Positions 1 to 8,058 of a stretch of 25,754 bases of DNA are shown here, piece after piece; the stretch's first letter is position 1; each line of letters opens with the position of its first letter. The DNA comes from a virus (lineage: Duplodnaviria; Heunggongvirae; Uroviricota; Caudoviricetes). The notes under the pieces were generated by a model that did no database searches, had not been told where the DNA came from, and saw only the letters and a list, made by a program, of their open reading frames with translations. A program made the position numbers and the translations under genes. Location: the IMG/VR virus record IMGVR_UViG_2778261588_000001, one strand, 5' to 3'.

Positions 1-1284
1 TTACAGACTTCTGGAAGGTTGCGCAGCTCTTACAACACGCGGTTGATCTTCCGCAGCGTCTTCCAGCGCACTTAAATCACGGTCTTTCACTTCTGGCATT
101 TTCAGCGCAGAGATTAAACCAATCACTGAATATGCCATGATCATAATGGCGATCGGATACCAGGATTCCGTCATGGTGCAGAAAATACCCGCCAGGATAG
201 GACCAAAACCGGAAGCGATAAGACCACCAATTTCTTTAGAAATGGCCATCCGGGTAAAGCGGTTTTTACAGCCGAACATTTCTGCCATGGTAATGTTTTC
301 CAGAGCAAATAATCCCAGCACCGCACAGTTATGAATCACAATCAGTGCAACCATAATGGTGCTCGGGGCATAGCTTTTATCTACAATGATAGAAAGCATT
401 GGCCATGCCAGCACAATCGCGGAGGTATTCATAATAATATACGGGATCCGGCGACCAATTTTATCGGATAACCAACCAAGGAACGGAATGGTCATAAAGC
501 CGAGAATCGAACTAATCATCAATGCATCTGTTGGAATTGCTTTGTTAAACAATAACGTCTGCACTAAATAGCCTGCAAGGAAAGTCTGAATTAACCCGGA
601 GTTACCCGCCTGACCAAAACGCAGCCCTGTTGCCAGCCAGAAGGATTTGCTCTGGAACATGCTACCAGCAGGTGCAGGTTTTGCTGTGGGTTGGTTGCTG
701 TCATTAACCTTCTCAAAGACCGGGCTTTCTTTCAGATTCATACGTAACCAGATAGCAAAGACCATCACGACAACGCTCGCCAGGAACGGTATACGCCATC
801 CCCACGCCAGCAGTTCCTCTTTACTGAGAATGAAGAACATAAAGGCCCAGATTGCCGTTGCGCTCAAGGTTCCGCAGTTAGTTCCCATAGCTACAAATGA
901 GGAGATAATTCCGCGCTTACCTTTTGGTGCATATTCCGCCAGCATCGTACCGGCACCGGAAATTTCCGCACCTGCACCCAACCCCTGAATAATACGCAGC
1001 GTCACCAGCAAGATGGGGGCAAAAACACCAATCTGTGCATAGGTCGGTAACACACCAATTAAGGTGGTACAGATCCCCATCATGGTGATGGTAATAAAGA
1101 GCACTTTTTTACGCCCTATTCTGTCGCCCATTTTGCCGAAAATAAATGCTCCGACAATACGCGCCACATAACCTGCACCGTAGGTTCCCATTGCCAAAAT
1201 TAACGCCATTGCCGTTGATGATTCAGGAAAAAATATTTCATGAAACACCAACGCTGCGCCGAGCGAATATAACTGGAAATCCAT
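1..1284 (-). CDS. ydfJ: MFS transporter, YdfJ-like (427 aa), possibly lacking its ancestral N-terminus
   Basis: Complete ORF with the MFS loop motif GKMGDRIGRKK; recalled as the E. coli YdfJ sequence. Only about 19 residues precede the first loop and an in-frame stop lies 6 codons upstream of the ATG. Confidence 0.8.
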   Translation of the reverse strand: MDFQLYSLGAALVFHEIFFPESSTAMALILAMGTYGAGYVARIVGAFIFGKMGDRIGRKKVLFITITMMGICTTLIGVLPTYAQIGVFAPILLVTLRIIQGLGAGAEISGAGTMLAEYAPKGKRGIISSFVAMGTNCGTLSATAIWAFMFFILSKEELLAWGWRIPFLASVVVMVFAIWLRMNLKESPVFEKVNDSNQPTAKPAPAGSMFQSKSFWLATGLRFGQAGNSGLIQTFLAGYLVQTLLFNKAIPTDALMISSILGFMTIPFLGWLSDKIGRRIPYIIMNTSAIVLAWPMLSIIVDKSYAPSTIMVALIVIHNCAVLGLFALENITMAEMFGCKNRFTRMAISKEIGGLIASGFGPILAGIFCTMTESWYPIAIMIMAYSVIGLISALKMPEVKDRDLSALEDAAEDQPRVVRAAQPSRSL

Positions 1285-1523
1285 AATTCACAGATGTTTT
1301 TTCTCATTCTGTGGTTTCCTTGGCGCTTTCTAGGTTTTTTCAGATAGTTACATTTTTTCAAAAGCATCCTGAGTTCGATCTTACTATCTATCTGTGGCCT
1401 ATTTCTGTCCCATATATGCCCCAAAAAACACCCCAACAGATAAGCAATCTTTTCATGGTGTTACGCGTAAAAACAATAACGGCTTGAAATTATTCAATAC
1501 ACTCTCGAAAGTGCATCAGCCAA

Positions 1524-1557
1524 CCGCAGAACGTTATTGCATACAACGTTTCTGCGG
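1524..1557. repeat. Imperfect inverted repeat CCGCAGAACGTT-N9-AACGTTTCTGCGG upstream of the ydfJ-like gene
   Basis: Read directly from the sequence; 12/13 bp arms with a 9-nt spacer, no T-run after it. Confidence 0.4.
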
Positions 1558-2000
1558 CATATCACGAAACGATTACTTAATGACTGGGACTTCAGACCAC
1601 TCAATATCCGGTACAATTATGTATCAACGCAGTTTAACAACACCCTATATTTAATCCAGAGTGCGAGCAACGTTGTCCCTTTCTCTTTTGCACTCTTAAA
1701 ATATACGATTACTTAAGTGAAGATGCTTGACGAATCGCCAAATAAAACATCTTCATCAGCATAAAAATCCATATATGATTGAAAATTTAGTCATTAATAC
1801 CATTCATATCTGAATACTAACCTAATACGCTTACTAACCGTGAGAAATCTTTTTTTTCGACTTAATCACTCGAAATAAACTTTCACTCAATTGAAAACAA
1901 TTAGCTACAATTATCATTGCAATATCAAATCAAACATAACAACTTGCATAAATTCTCATGGGATACAGCATCAGTTGTGCCAAACACATAAGGAATTGAA

Positions 2001-2198
2001 ATGGACGGAGAAAGCTTTAACTTTGATGACAATGATATTGAATTTATTGCTTCAATGTATGCATCATGTAAATTATCAGGAAGTATCGCCCCCATAATGC
2101 ATATAATGGTTAGCATTCCAAAAAATAAGAAAAAACAATTCTACGAACGAGTTGAGCATTATTGTAGTTTATATTCCAATAAAAACCCACCTTCTTAA
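2001..2198 (+). CDS. Hypothetical small protein (65 aa) in the AT-rich terminal region
   Basis: ORF preceded by AAGGA 6 nt upstream of the ATG; AT-rich codon usage; no recognised homology. Confidence 0.35.
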   Translation: MDGESFNFDDNDIEFIASMYASCKLSGSIAPIMHIMVSIPKNKKKQFYERVEHYCSLYSNKNPPS

Positions 2199-2329
2199 AT
2201 TCGCTGCATTCTAGTGGATTCCATTAAGAAAACAATGACATACACTCAAACACATCTTTTTTATCAACAGTGAATTTCAGTTCGGCCAGTTTTTACCAGC
2301 TATTATAAAAATAGCACCCATATAAAGTT

Positions 2330-2428
2330 TTTACCCCACAGGTACAGCTGGCCATTCGATAACCGCACTAAGGAAGTGCCAACACGACATCAGCAAGACC
2401 CGATATTTCTTCCATGCCGCCAGCAACG
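2330..2428 (-). pseudogene. Tail fibre assembly gene 3' remnant
   Basis: Minus-strand translation ...[13 protein letters not shown]...IEWPAVPVG* parallels the C-terminus of the intact tfa at 3019..3600 (...[16 protein letters not shown]...IEWPVAPIG*); nucleotide similarity visible; no upstream ORF. Confidence 0.6.
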
Positions 2429-2902
2429 ATGTTAAGGTTAAATTAATTATAAAAAAATATATTATAATTCCATCTTCGCATTAAATTTTAACCTTTAATC
2501 TCCACACGGAACAAGTTGCATAGGTGACTATATTAAGAAAACTTATAACCACCAAAAAGATTTGCTTTGCAAGCAAAAACAGTGACCATTGACTCTAAGA
2601 AAATTCCGATCTATTGTTAGTGTCATCAAAGTTACTTAACAGTATTCCGAAATGAAAATACAAAGCAAGCTAATTGTCTTATTAAACATTATCATTGCAT
2701 TTATATTATTTGAGCTTTTAGCTCAAAAATTTGGTTTGAGTACATTATTTTAAAGCAAGATAAACAATATCGGGCACTCTAGTTTTTATAATTAACAATT
2801 AAACGCCCATAAAATGTTATTTACTTTTCTTCGCTATTGTCATATCTTAATAGAGTGGCTTACGCCACTCTACTTTCATCATATTTTGTACGTTTATGTA
2901 CT

Positions 2903-2932
2903 CGCCATGAAGCTCTTTCATGGCGATTTTTT
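2903..2932 (+). terminator. Rho-independent terminator-like hairpin on the plus strand with no upstream gene
   Basis: Perfect 9-bp stem CGCCATGAA / TTCATGGCG, 5-nt loop, then A-TTTTTT. A second perfect hairpin TAGAGTGGC-ttac-GCCACTCTA lies at 2851..2872. Confidence 0.5.
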
Positions 2933-3018
2933 ATTCTTAATCCAAGAACATACTCCCTACCTATAGAAAAATCACTTTTTGAACAAAAGAATAACGTATT
3001 TAGGTAATCATTACGAAT

Positions 3019-3600
3019 TTACCCTATAGGTGCTACTGGCCATTCAATATCCGGTGCAGTTGTTGTATTAACACGGTTCAGCAACACCCGATACTTCTTC
3101 CAGGCTTCCAGCAACGAGATTTCTTCCTCCGTTGCAATTTCCAGATCTGCAGCATCCTGAAGCGGCGCAATATGCTCACTGGCTACCTGCATCAGGTTGT
3201 TTTTTGTTTCTTCCGCCTCCCGGATCCGGAACAGTTTTTCTGCTTCCGTATCCTTCACCCAGGCTGTGCCGTTCCACTTCTGATATTCCCCTTCCGGCGA
3301 TAACCAGGTGACATTTTCCGGTAACGAGCCAAGTTCAGAAATAAATAACGCGTCGCCGGAAGCCACGTCATAGACGGTTTTTCCCCGATGATCTTCAACG
3401 AGATGCCACGATGCCTCATCACTGTTGAAAACAGCCACAAAGCCAGCCGGAATATCTGGCGGTGCAATATCGGTACTGTTTGCTGGCAGACCTGTATGAG
3501 GCGGAATATATGCGTCACCTTCACCAATAAATTCATTAGTTCCGGCCAGCAGATTATAAATTTTTATGGTCCGTGGTTGTTCACTCATTCTGAATGCCAT
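3019..3600 (-). CDS. tfa: Tail fibre assembly protein (Tfa family, 193 aa)
   Basis: N-terminus [51 protein letters not shown] is characteristic of lambdoid Tfa proteins; start overlaps the stop of the upstream stf remnant (TAATG). Confidence 0.85.
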   Translation of the reverse strand: MAFRMSEQPRTIKIYNLLAGTNEFIGEGDAYIPPHTGLPANSTDIAPPDIPAGFVAVFNSDEASWHLVEDHRGKTVYDVASGDALFISELGSLPENVTWLSPEGEYQKWNGTAWVKDTEAEKLFRIREAEETKNNLMQVASEHIAPLQDAADLEIATEEEISLLEAWKKYRVLLNRVNTTTAPDIEWPVAPIG

Positions 3601-3746
3601 TATGCAAGCCTCACAATATAGTTAAATGCGATGTTTTTGACGGTGTTTTCCGCGTTACCAGCAGCGTTAACGGTGATGGTGTGTCCATGTGAACCAATCG
3701 CAACGGAGTGCGTATGAGCACCAATAATCGCGGTTACTCTGTTCAT
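3600..3746 (-). pseudogene. Side tail fibre gene, last 48 codons only
   Basis: Minus-strand translation [48 protein letters not shown] matches the conserved Stf C-terminus. Its first codon overlaps the endolysin stop (ATGA) and its stop overlaps the tfa start. Confidence 0.65.
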
Positions 3747-4060
3747 TGCTGACCCCACAAACAGATTTCACGCTCAATCTCACGACGAGTCATGAGACCT
3801 TTCCATTGCTTACCGCCAGCATATGTCCAGCGACGTAGCTGATCACATGCGCCTTTGATATCGCCCTGGTTTATTTTGCGAAGAAGCGTCGATGTTCTGA
3901 AATTGCCAGCACCCACGTTGTAAACGAATGAGTAAAGAGCGCCGCGCATTGTTTCCGGTATATCGACTTTGATGTACGGGTTAATTTGTCTGGCGACCGT
4001 GGCAAGGTCTTTATTCAGGAGGGCTTTGCATTCTGCTTTGGTATACGTTTTACCGAGCAT
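3743..4060 (-). pseudogene. Endolysin (P22/RrrD-type lysozyme), C-terminal two-thirds only
   Basis: The 105-aa [40 protein letters not shown]... corresponds to roughly residues 61-165 of RrrD-type SAR endolysins as I recall them. Codons for TGKDI precede the ATG in frame, then a stop. The N-terminal SAR segment and catalytic region are absent. Confidence 0.65.
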
Positions 4061-4229
4061 GATGTCTTTTCCTGTACGTCAGCAGGCCAAATACCAGGCT
4101 ACCCAGCACACCTATTGCTGCCCACTGTGAGGGCGTGACTTTATCGAGCAGCTGTAAAAACCAGTAGCCAGCACTGCCTGCGGAGGTGCCGTAGGCAATG
4201 CCTGTTGAAATTTTGTCCATGGATTTCAT
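4050..4229 (-). CDS. Pinholin (phage 21 S-like) with replaced C-terminal tail, 59 aa
   Basis: [26 protein letters not shown]...[17 protein letters not shown] matches the S21/EssD pinholin family as recalled, then diverges into RKRHHAR* read out of frame from lysozyme DNA. Strong SD GGAGGTGA 5 nt upstream of the ATG at 4229. Confidence 0.6.
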   Translation of the reverse strand: MKSMDKISTGIAYGTSAGSAGYWFLQLLDKVTPSQWAAIGVLGSLVFGLLTYRKRHHAR

Positions 4230-4330
4230 AGCCTCACCTCCGCACGGAACGGATGGCATAGTTATTATGTGTAGGCTTTCAGACACATCAATCAGAGCCT
4301 TAATTGATATATATGCTGGAGACGATGCAA

Positions 4331-4355
4331 TATAAAAAGCTCGCCATAGCGAGCT
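4331..4355 (-). terminator. Rho-independent terminator downstream of the lipoprotein pair
   Basis: Minus strand: perfect 7-bp stem AGCTCGC / GCGAGCT with a 4-nt loop, followed by TTTTTAT. Confidence 0.5.
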
Positions 4356-4480
4356 AATAAAATGTATTTCTCTGATATTATGTTTATTTGTATTAGCTCA
4401 GACTTGACATCACAGGTTTCGTATATAGAACATCATCAAATCTGTCAGTTTGCTATGAATGAGATATAGTAATTGAAGAG

Positions 4481-4876
4481 CTAACCTCGCATGTCAAAGC
4501 CAGATTTCTGAAAATCTCTGTAGACTTCCGGATTGTTGAAGGCCGGAAATTTGGCTTTATGAGCTGCGGACTTTATCGCTTCGCAATAGGCTTTATCACC
4601 GTTACTGGTAGATATTTTTAACGCCGTGCCATCCTGAGAGAATTCCATATGCAACCTGCATTTTTTCCCTTTCCAGTTATGCGGCTCATCAAGTTTGGCA
4701 TTAATTGCAGCTCTGATTCCCCGCGCTTGCGCCCCCCATTCATCCTGATCATCCCAGCGTCCTGAACTGCAACTACCTGTAGCAGTAGTTTTGTGGCAAT
4801 CTGAAGGGTGTAAAGGTGTGCATCCCGCAACAAAACCGACCCAAAAAGTCAACATAACGATTTTCTTTAATCCCAC
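4481..4876 (-). CDS. Lipoprotein with divergent TolA domain III-like C-terminal domain (131 aa)
   Basis: GTG start with SD GAGGAG at 6-nt spacing; signal peptide with lipobox VAGC; C-terminus ...KGKKCRLHMEFSQDGTALKISTSNGDKAYCEAIKSAAHKAKFPAFNNPEVYRDFQKSGFDMRG is paralogous to the adjacent 142-aa lipoprotein and resembles the TolA C-terminus. Confidence 0.7.
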   Translation of the reverse strand: MGLKKIVMLTFWVGFVAGCTPLHPSDCHKTTATGSCSSGRWDDQDEWGAQARGIRAAINAKLDEPHNWKGKKCRLHMEFSQDGTALKISTSNGDKAYCEAIKSAAHKAKFPAFNNPEVYRDFQKSGFDMRG

Positions 4877-5026
4877 TTCTTGCTCCTCAATCCATTAAAA
4901 TCTCAGCAATAGTAGTTGTTACGTCCGCCACTGGCTCAGAGCTGACTATCCGCTAAATTTAGCTCAGTGCCGTAGCTGTGTCAGAACAAACCTAAGCCGA
5001 AACCGTTTATTACAAAACAATAAATA

Positions 5027-5455
5027 TCAGGGTTTAAAATCCAGCACCCCATTTTGAAATACTTTATATACTTCCGGCGAAGGGGGGGCAGGTATATCAG
5101 CATTCTTTATCGCATTCATCGCTTCACGACATAAATCGAGGTCTCCACTTTCTCTTTTAACCTCCAGTAGAAGGCCATTCGGGGCCATATGCATTCTCAG
5201 TGTACACTCTTTTCCTGAATACTTACTCGCATCCCCGAACTGTTTTTCGATGGCGCTCTTGATTTGATGGGCATACAGACGGATATTCTCACTAACATCA
5301 GAAGTACGTTCAGATGAACTCACATACTGTGTCTCTATTGCTTTATCGGAGTAATATGATGTACGGTCATGATAATTTGTCGATACAGCATCAGTGCACC
5401 CGATAATAATCCCACTAATAATCAACGTAAGAATTGATGCGCTACGAAAACCCAT
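5027..5455 (-). CDS. Lipoprotein with TolA domain III-like C-terminal domain (142 aa)
   Basis: ATG with SD GAGGA; signal peptide with lipobox IIGC; C-terminal 85 residues YAHQIKSAIEKQFGDASKYSGKECTLRMHMAPNGLLLEVKRESGDLDLCREAMNAIKNADIPAPPSPEVYKVFQNGVLDFKP resemble the E. coli TolA C-terminus as recalled (...YAGQIKSAIESKFYDASSYAGKTCTLRIKLAPDGMLLDIKPEGGDPALCQAALAAAKLAKIPKPPSQAVYEVFKNAPLDFKP). Confidence 0.75.
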   Translation of the reverse strand: MGFRSASILTLIISGIIIGCTDAVSTNYHDRTSYYSDKAIETQYVSSSERTSDVSENIRLYAHQIKSAIEKQFGDASKYSGKECTLRMHMAPNGLLLEVKRESGDLDLCREAMNAIKNADIPAPPSPEVYKVFQNGVLDFKP

Positions 5456-5572
5456 TTTTCCTCACATATGTCATATAGTAAAGGATTATATATACCGTTG
5501 TTTTGGACGCTCAAACAGCGAATCAGATCAAATAAAACGCACATTTGTTAACATTTACACAAAGTCTGCGTG

Positions 5573-5593
5573 GGATATTCTGAAAGAATATCC
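5573..5593. promoter_or_regulatory. Perfect 21-bp palindrome GGATATTCT-gaa-AGAATATCC about 120 bp upstream of the 142-aa lipoprotein gene; candidate operator
   Basis: Read directly from the sequence: 9-bp perfect inverted arms with a 3-bp spacer in an AT-rich promoter-like region. Confidence 0.4.
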
Positions 5594-5988
5594 ATAATGT
5601 GGAGAGAATCTATTGAAGTGCATGGTGCCGGGTGCCTCCCGGTGAATTCAGTACCAGCACCTGAATCCGCGATTATCCCATATACCTACTCGCTGATTGC
5701 CCCTCCGCACAGGGGGATTCACCATGCCAGTTTCTTTTAACAAACTCCCCGCAAACCAGAGAACAGTCAACCGCCTGAATTGTGAAGTATTTAAAAATTT
5801 CTCCCGCTAACTGATACCCGGCTAACAGTCTGGCGTTTTCTTTTTCAGCAACGGGAAAGCAACAACCACCACACCCGCCACCAGCACACCGTCAGCCAGC
5901 ACTGACATTATCCGGCTGCTGCAATGCCATTCACAAAAACAGTAAGCAATCACTTTTTACCGTAACAGGTGATAATCCAGATATGTAT

Positions 5989-6342
5989 CTACCCCAGATG
6001 AGTAATCCGAAGTTCATCCATACCACAGGTCCTGGCTATTCTGTTGTACTCCTGAACAAGAGCAAATAATTCTGAATTAGCAACCATGAACTCATCGCAA
6101 ACCCTCTGTATAGCATCACTATTCAGAAGAATAACGTCTCTTCCCGAAAGACGATCAGGAGTACAGAACAAAACTGTCAAACGGCTGAAGGCCTTTGCTC
6201 GTGCTGCATTGACTATATCAATACGCTGCCTAAGGATGAAACACCCCGACGCCTCATCAATATTCACTCTACCCACACCATATGAATGATAAATATTTAA
6301 TGCTGAAAAAACCATTAGACCGTATAACAAACACTCAATCAA
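5989..6342 (-). CDS. Hypothetical protein (108-117 aa) between the tRNAs and the lipoprotein pair; start uncertain
   Basis: ORF only. The first codon is TTG at 6342; an ATG at 6315 gives 108 aa; no convincing SD at either; no homology recognised. Confidence 0.4.
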   Translation of the reverse strand: MIECLLYGLMVFSALNIYHSYGVGRVNIDEASGCFILRQRIDIVNAARAKAFSRLTVLFCTPDRLSGRDVILLNSDAIQRVCDEFMVANSELFALVQEYNRIARTCGMDELRITHLG

Positions 6343-6452
6343 TACTTAACAGAACTTTTATTTTTGACAAACATATAATATTTTCAACAATATCCTGAGC
6401 CAGGTATATTCCAGTATAAGGCTCTGCCGGAAGGAATCTGGAAGAATGAATA

Positions 6453-6529
6453 TGGCGCGCTGTACTGGATTCGAACCAGTAACCGATTGCTTAGAAGGCA
6501 ATTGCTCTGTCCGGCTGAGCTAACAACGC
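6453..6529 (-). tRNA. tRNA-Arg (anticodon UCU), phage argN/argO-like
   Basis: 77-nt cloverleaf on the minus strand: acceptor GCGTTGT/ACAGCGC, T-arm ACTGG-TTCGAAT-CCAGT, anticodon loop CU-UCU-AA, encoded 3' CCA. Confidence 0.85.
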
Positions 6530-6634
6530 TGAATACCGATAATGGACCGCTATCGGGGACCCGCCCCCCCCCCGCACCAACAACCCTGTTATCGTGTCGT
6601 CTGCTCTTCCTGATAAGCTCATGGCGGTTTGTGA

Positions 6635-6710
6635 TGGTGGCCCTTGCTGGATTTGAACCAGCGACCTGGCGATTATGAGTCGCTCGCTCTCACCACTGAG
6701 CTAAAGGGCC
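6635..6710 (-). tRNA. tRNA with CAU anticodon, ileX/ileZ-like (tRNA-Ile2; elongator Met not excluded)
   Basis: 76-nt cloverleaf: acceptor GGCCCTT/AAGGGCC, T-arm GCTGG-TTCAAAT-CCAGC, anticodon loop CU-CAU-AA, discriminator A, encoded CCA; differs at only a few positions from E. coli ileX as recalled. Confidence 0.85.
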
Positions 6711-6853
6711 GGGAGCAGAATAATAACGGTCCGTAATTAATTCCGCAATAAAAAACCCGCTCGGCGGCGGGTTGTAGAAACTCTTCTAACGTCAGGCATA
6801 AAAAGCCCATCGTTATGATGAATTTACCACAGATTTCGGAAAAATCAACCTTG

Positions 6854-7675
6854 TTACCTAGTTACCTTTTTTAACTGCCGCTCAGCCCATCCTTCTTCAA
6901 TATCAAACCGGGTCACCAGCGCATCATAGAATTTCTTAACTGTTTTTTCCCATGACGCGCGTGTTATCTGGTTTGTCACCTCGCATATAGCATTAAATGC
7001 CTCCGTTGATGGTAGTCTTTCATAGCCACGACCACCACAACGCTGGCAGTCTCTGATAACAGGCATACCACGTTTTACCGACTCTTCACGGTGAATGGCG
7101 ACACCACGCCCACGGCAATCCTTACAGGCGGTGGAAACCTCACCCTTTCCGCCACACTCCGGACAGGCAACTTTTACCACCTCCCTGACTTTTTTCCATT
7201 CTTCCCAGTAAGACGGATACACACCTTTCGTACACTTTGCCCATACCGGCGGCTTACCATCCGGATACTGGACCTTGTTTGTAAAAACTACGCTTTCAAT
7301 AAATTTTTCCCCATAGCAACAAGGGCACTGCTTTTTACTCGCTGCGCTGCGGGCATAATCCTCAAAAGCGTACGAAGCCATAATGCGCATCACTACCGGT
7401 TTTATTTCTGCCGGAAGTTTTCTCAACGCCGCCACACGATCGCACCGACTGAGTGCATAATCTGCCAGTAATTCTGTTGCCCGCGCCCTGTCATTCATAC
7501 TGATGCCCATTTTCCCCAGGAACGCAGAAAACCCCATCTCAGCCCGATTCTGTGTCATGCCCTGCGCGGCCATCACATCAGTGATACTCAGCGCATCTTT
7601 TGACGTTGAGGCCGATGCATCGGTCAGGCAAGGGGATTTTGGGGAGTAGTATTTCGGTAAATCTTCCAGTTTCAT
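6854..7675 (-). CDS. quuQ: Late-gene antiterminator Q, QuuQ-like, with DnaJ-type zinc-finger repeats (273 aa)
   Basis: Three CxxCxGxG motifs (CPECGGKGE, CKDCRGRGV, CQRCGGRGY); overall similarity to Qin QuuQ as recalled; position immediately upstream of the phage tRNAs. Confidence 0.75.
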   Translation of the reverse strand: MKLEDLPKYYSPKSPCLTDASASTSKDALSITDVMAAQGMTQNRAEMGFSAFLGKMGISMNDRARATELLADYALSRCDRVAALRKLPAEIKPVVMRIMASYAFEDYARSAASKKQCPCCYGEKFIESVVFTNKVQYPDGKPPVWAKCTKGVYPSYWEEWKKVREVVKVACPECGGKGEVSTACKDCRGRGVAIHREESVKRGMPVIRDCQRCGGRGYERLPSTEAFNAICEVTNQITRASWEKTVKKFYDALVTRFDIEEGWAERQLKKVTR

Positions 7676-8049
7676 TTTTTGACCTGCTCTTCATGCATTA
7701 TGGGGTAAATCTTCACCCCCAGACGTCCACCAGATACTGGCTGACCACGAACGATATTGATTTCATCAAACTGCTCATCGTCCATTAACACTCCCGCATG
7801 CGTCAGCGCATCCAGCGGTGCTTTCAGGATATTGTCCAGGTCGCGACGACGCTTATCCGGTGGCTCTGCAATCACCTTTATCGCCAGCCTTCCGGACAGG
7901 CTTAATTTCAGCCGCTGCTGGCGAACAATAAGCGCCACAGCCCGGCGATAACGCTTTCCCTCCTCCGAGATAAAATATGTGCTGCCACGGCGTCGCCAGT
8001 AAGTGTTCACCGTCGGCGGGTAAGGTAAAACCAAATCTATGAGCATCAC
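7672..8049 (-). CDS. rusA: RusA-family Holliday junction resolvase (125 aa)
   Basis: Motifs PPTVNTYW and DKRRRDLDN match the RusA family; typical nin-region position upstream of Q. Confidence 0.85.
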   Translation of the reverse strand: MMLIDLVLPYPPTVNTYWRRRGSTYFISEEGKRYRRAVALIVRQQRLKLSLSGRLAIKVIAEPPDKRRRDLDNILKAPLDALTHAGVLMDDEQFDEINIVRGQPVSGGRLGVKIYPIMHEEQVKK

Positions 8050-8058
8050 TCACCTCTT

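Noticed and set aside
2812-2973. 53-codon hydrophobic ORF spanning the two hairpins in the AT-rich terminal region
   Set aside because: No SD, and it runs through both hairpins and the terminator; more likely non-coding.
5724-5810. 28-codon plus-strand ORF with a strong SD (GGGGGA), antisense-oriented between the moron genes
   Set aside because: Too short to support without conservation or expression data; noted only as a possible small peptide.
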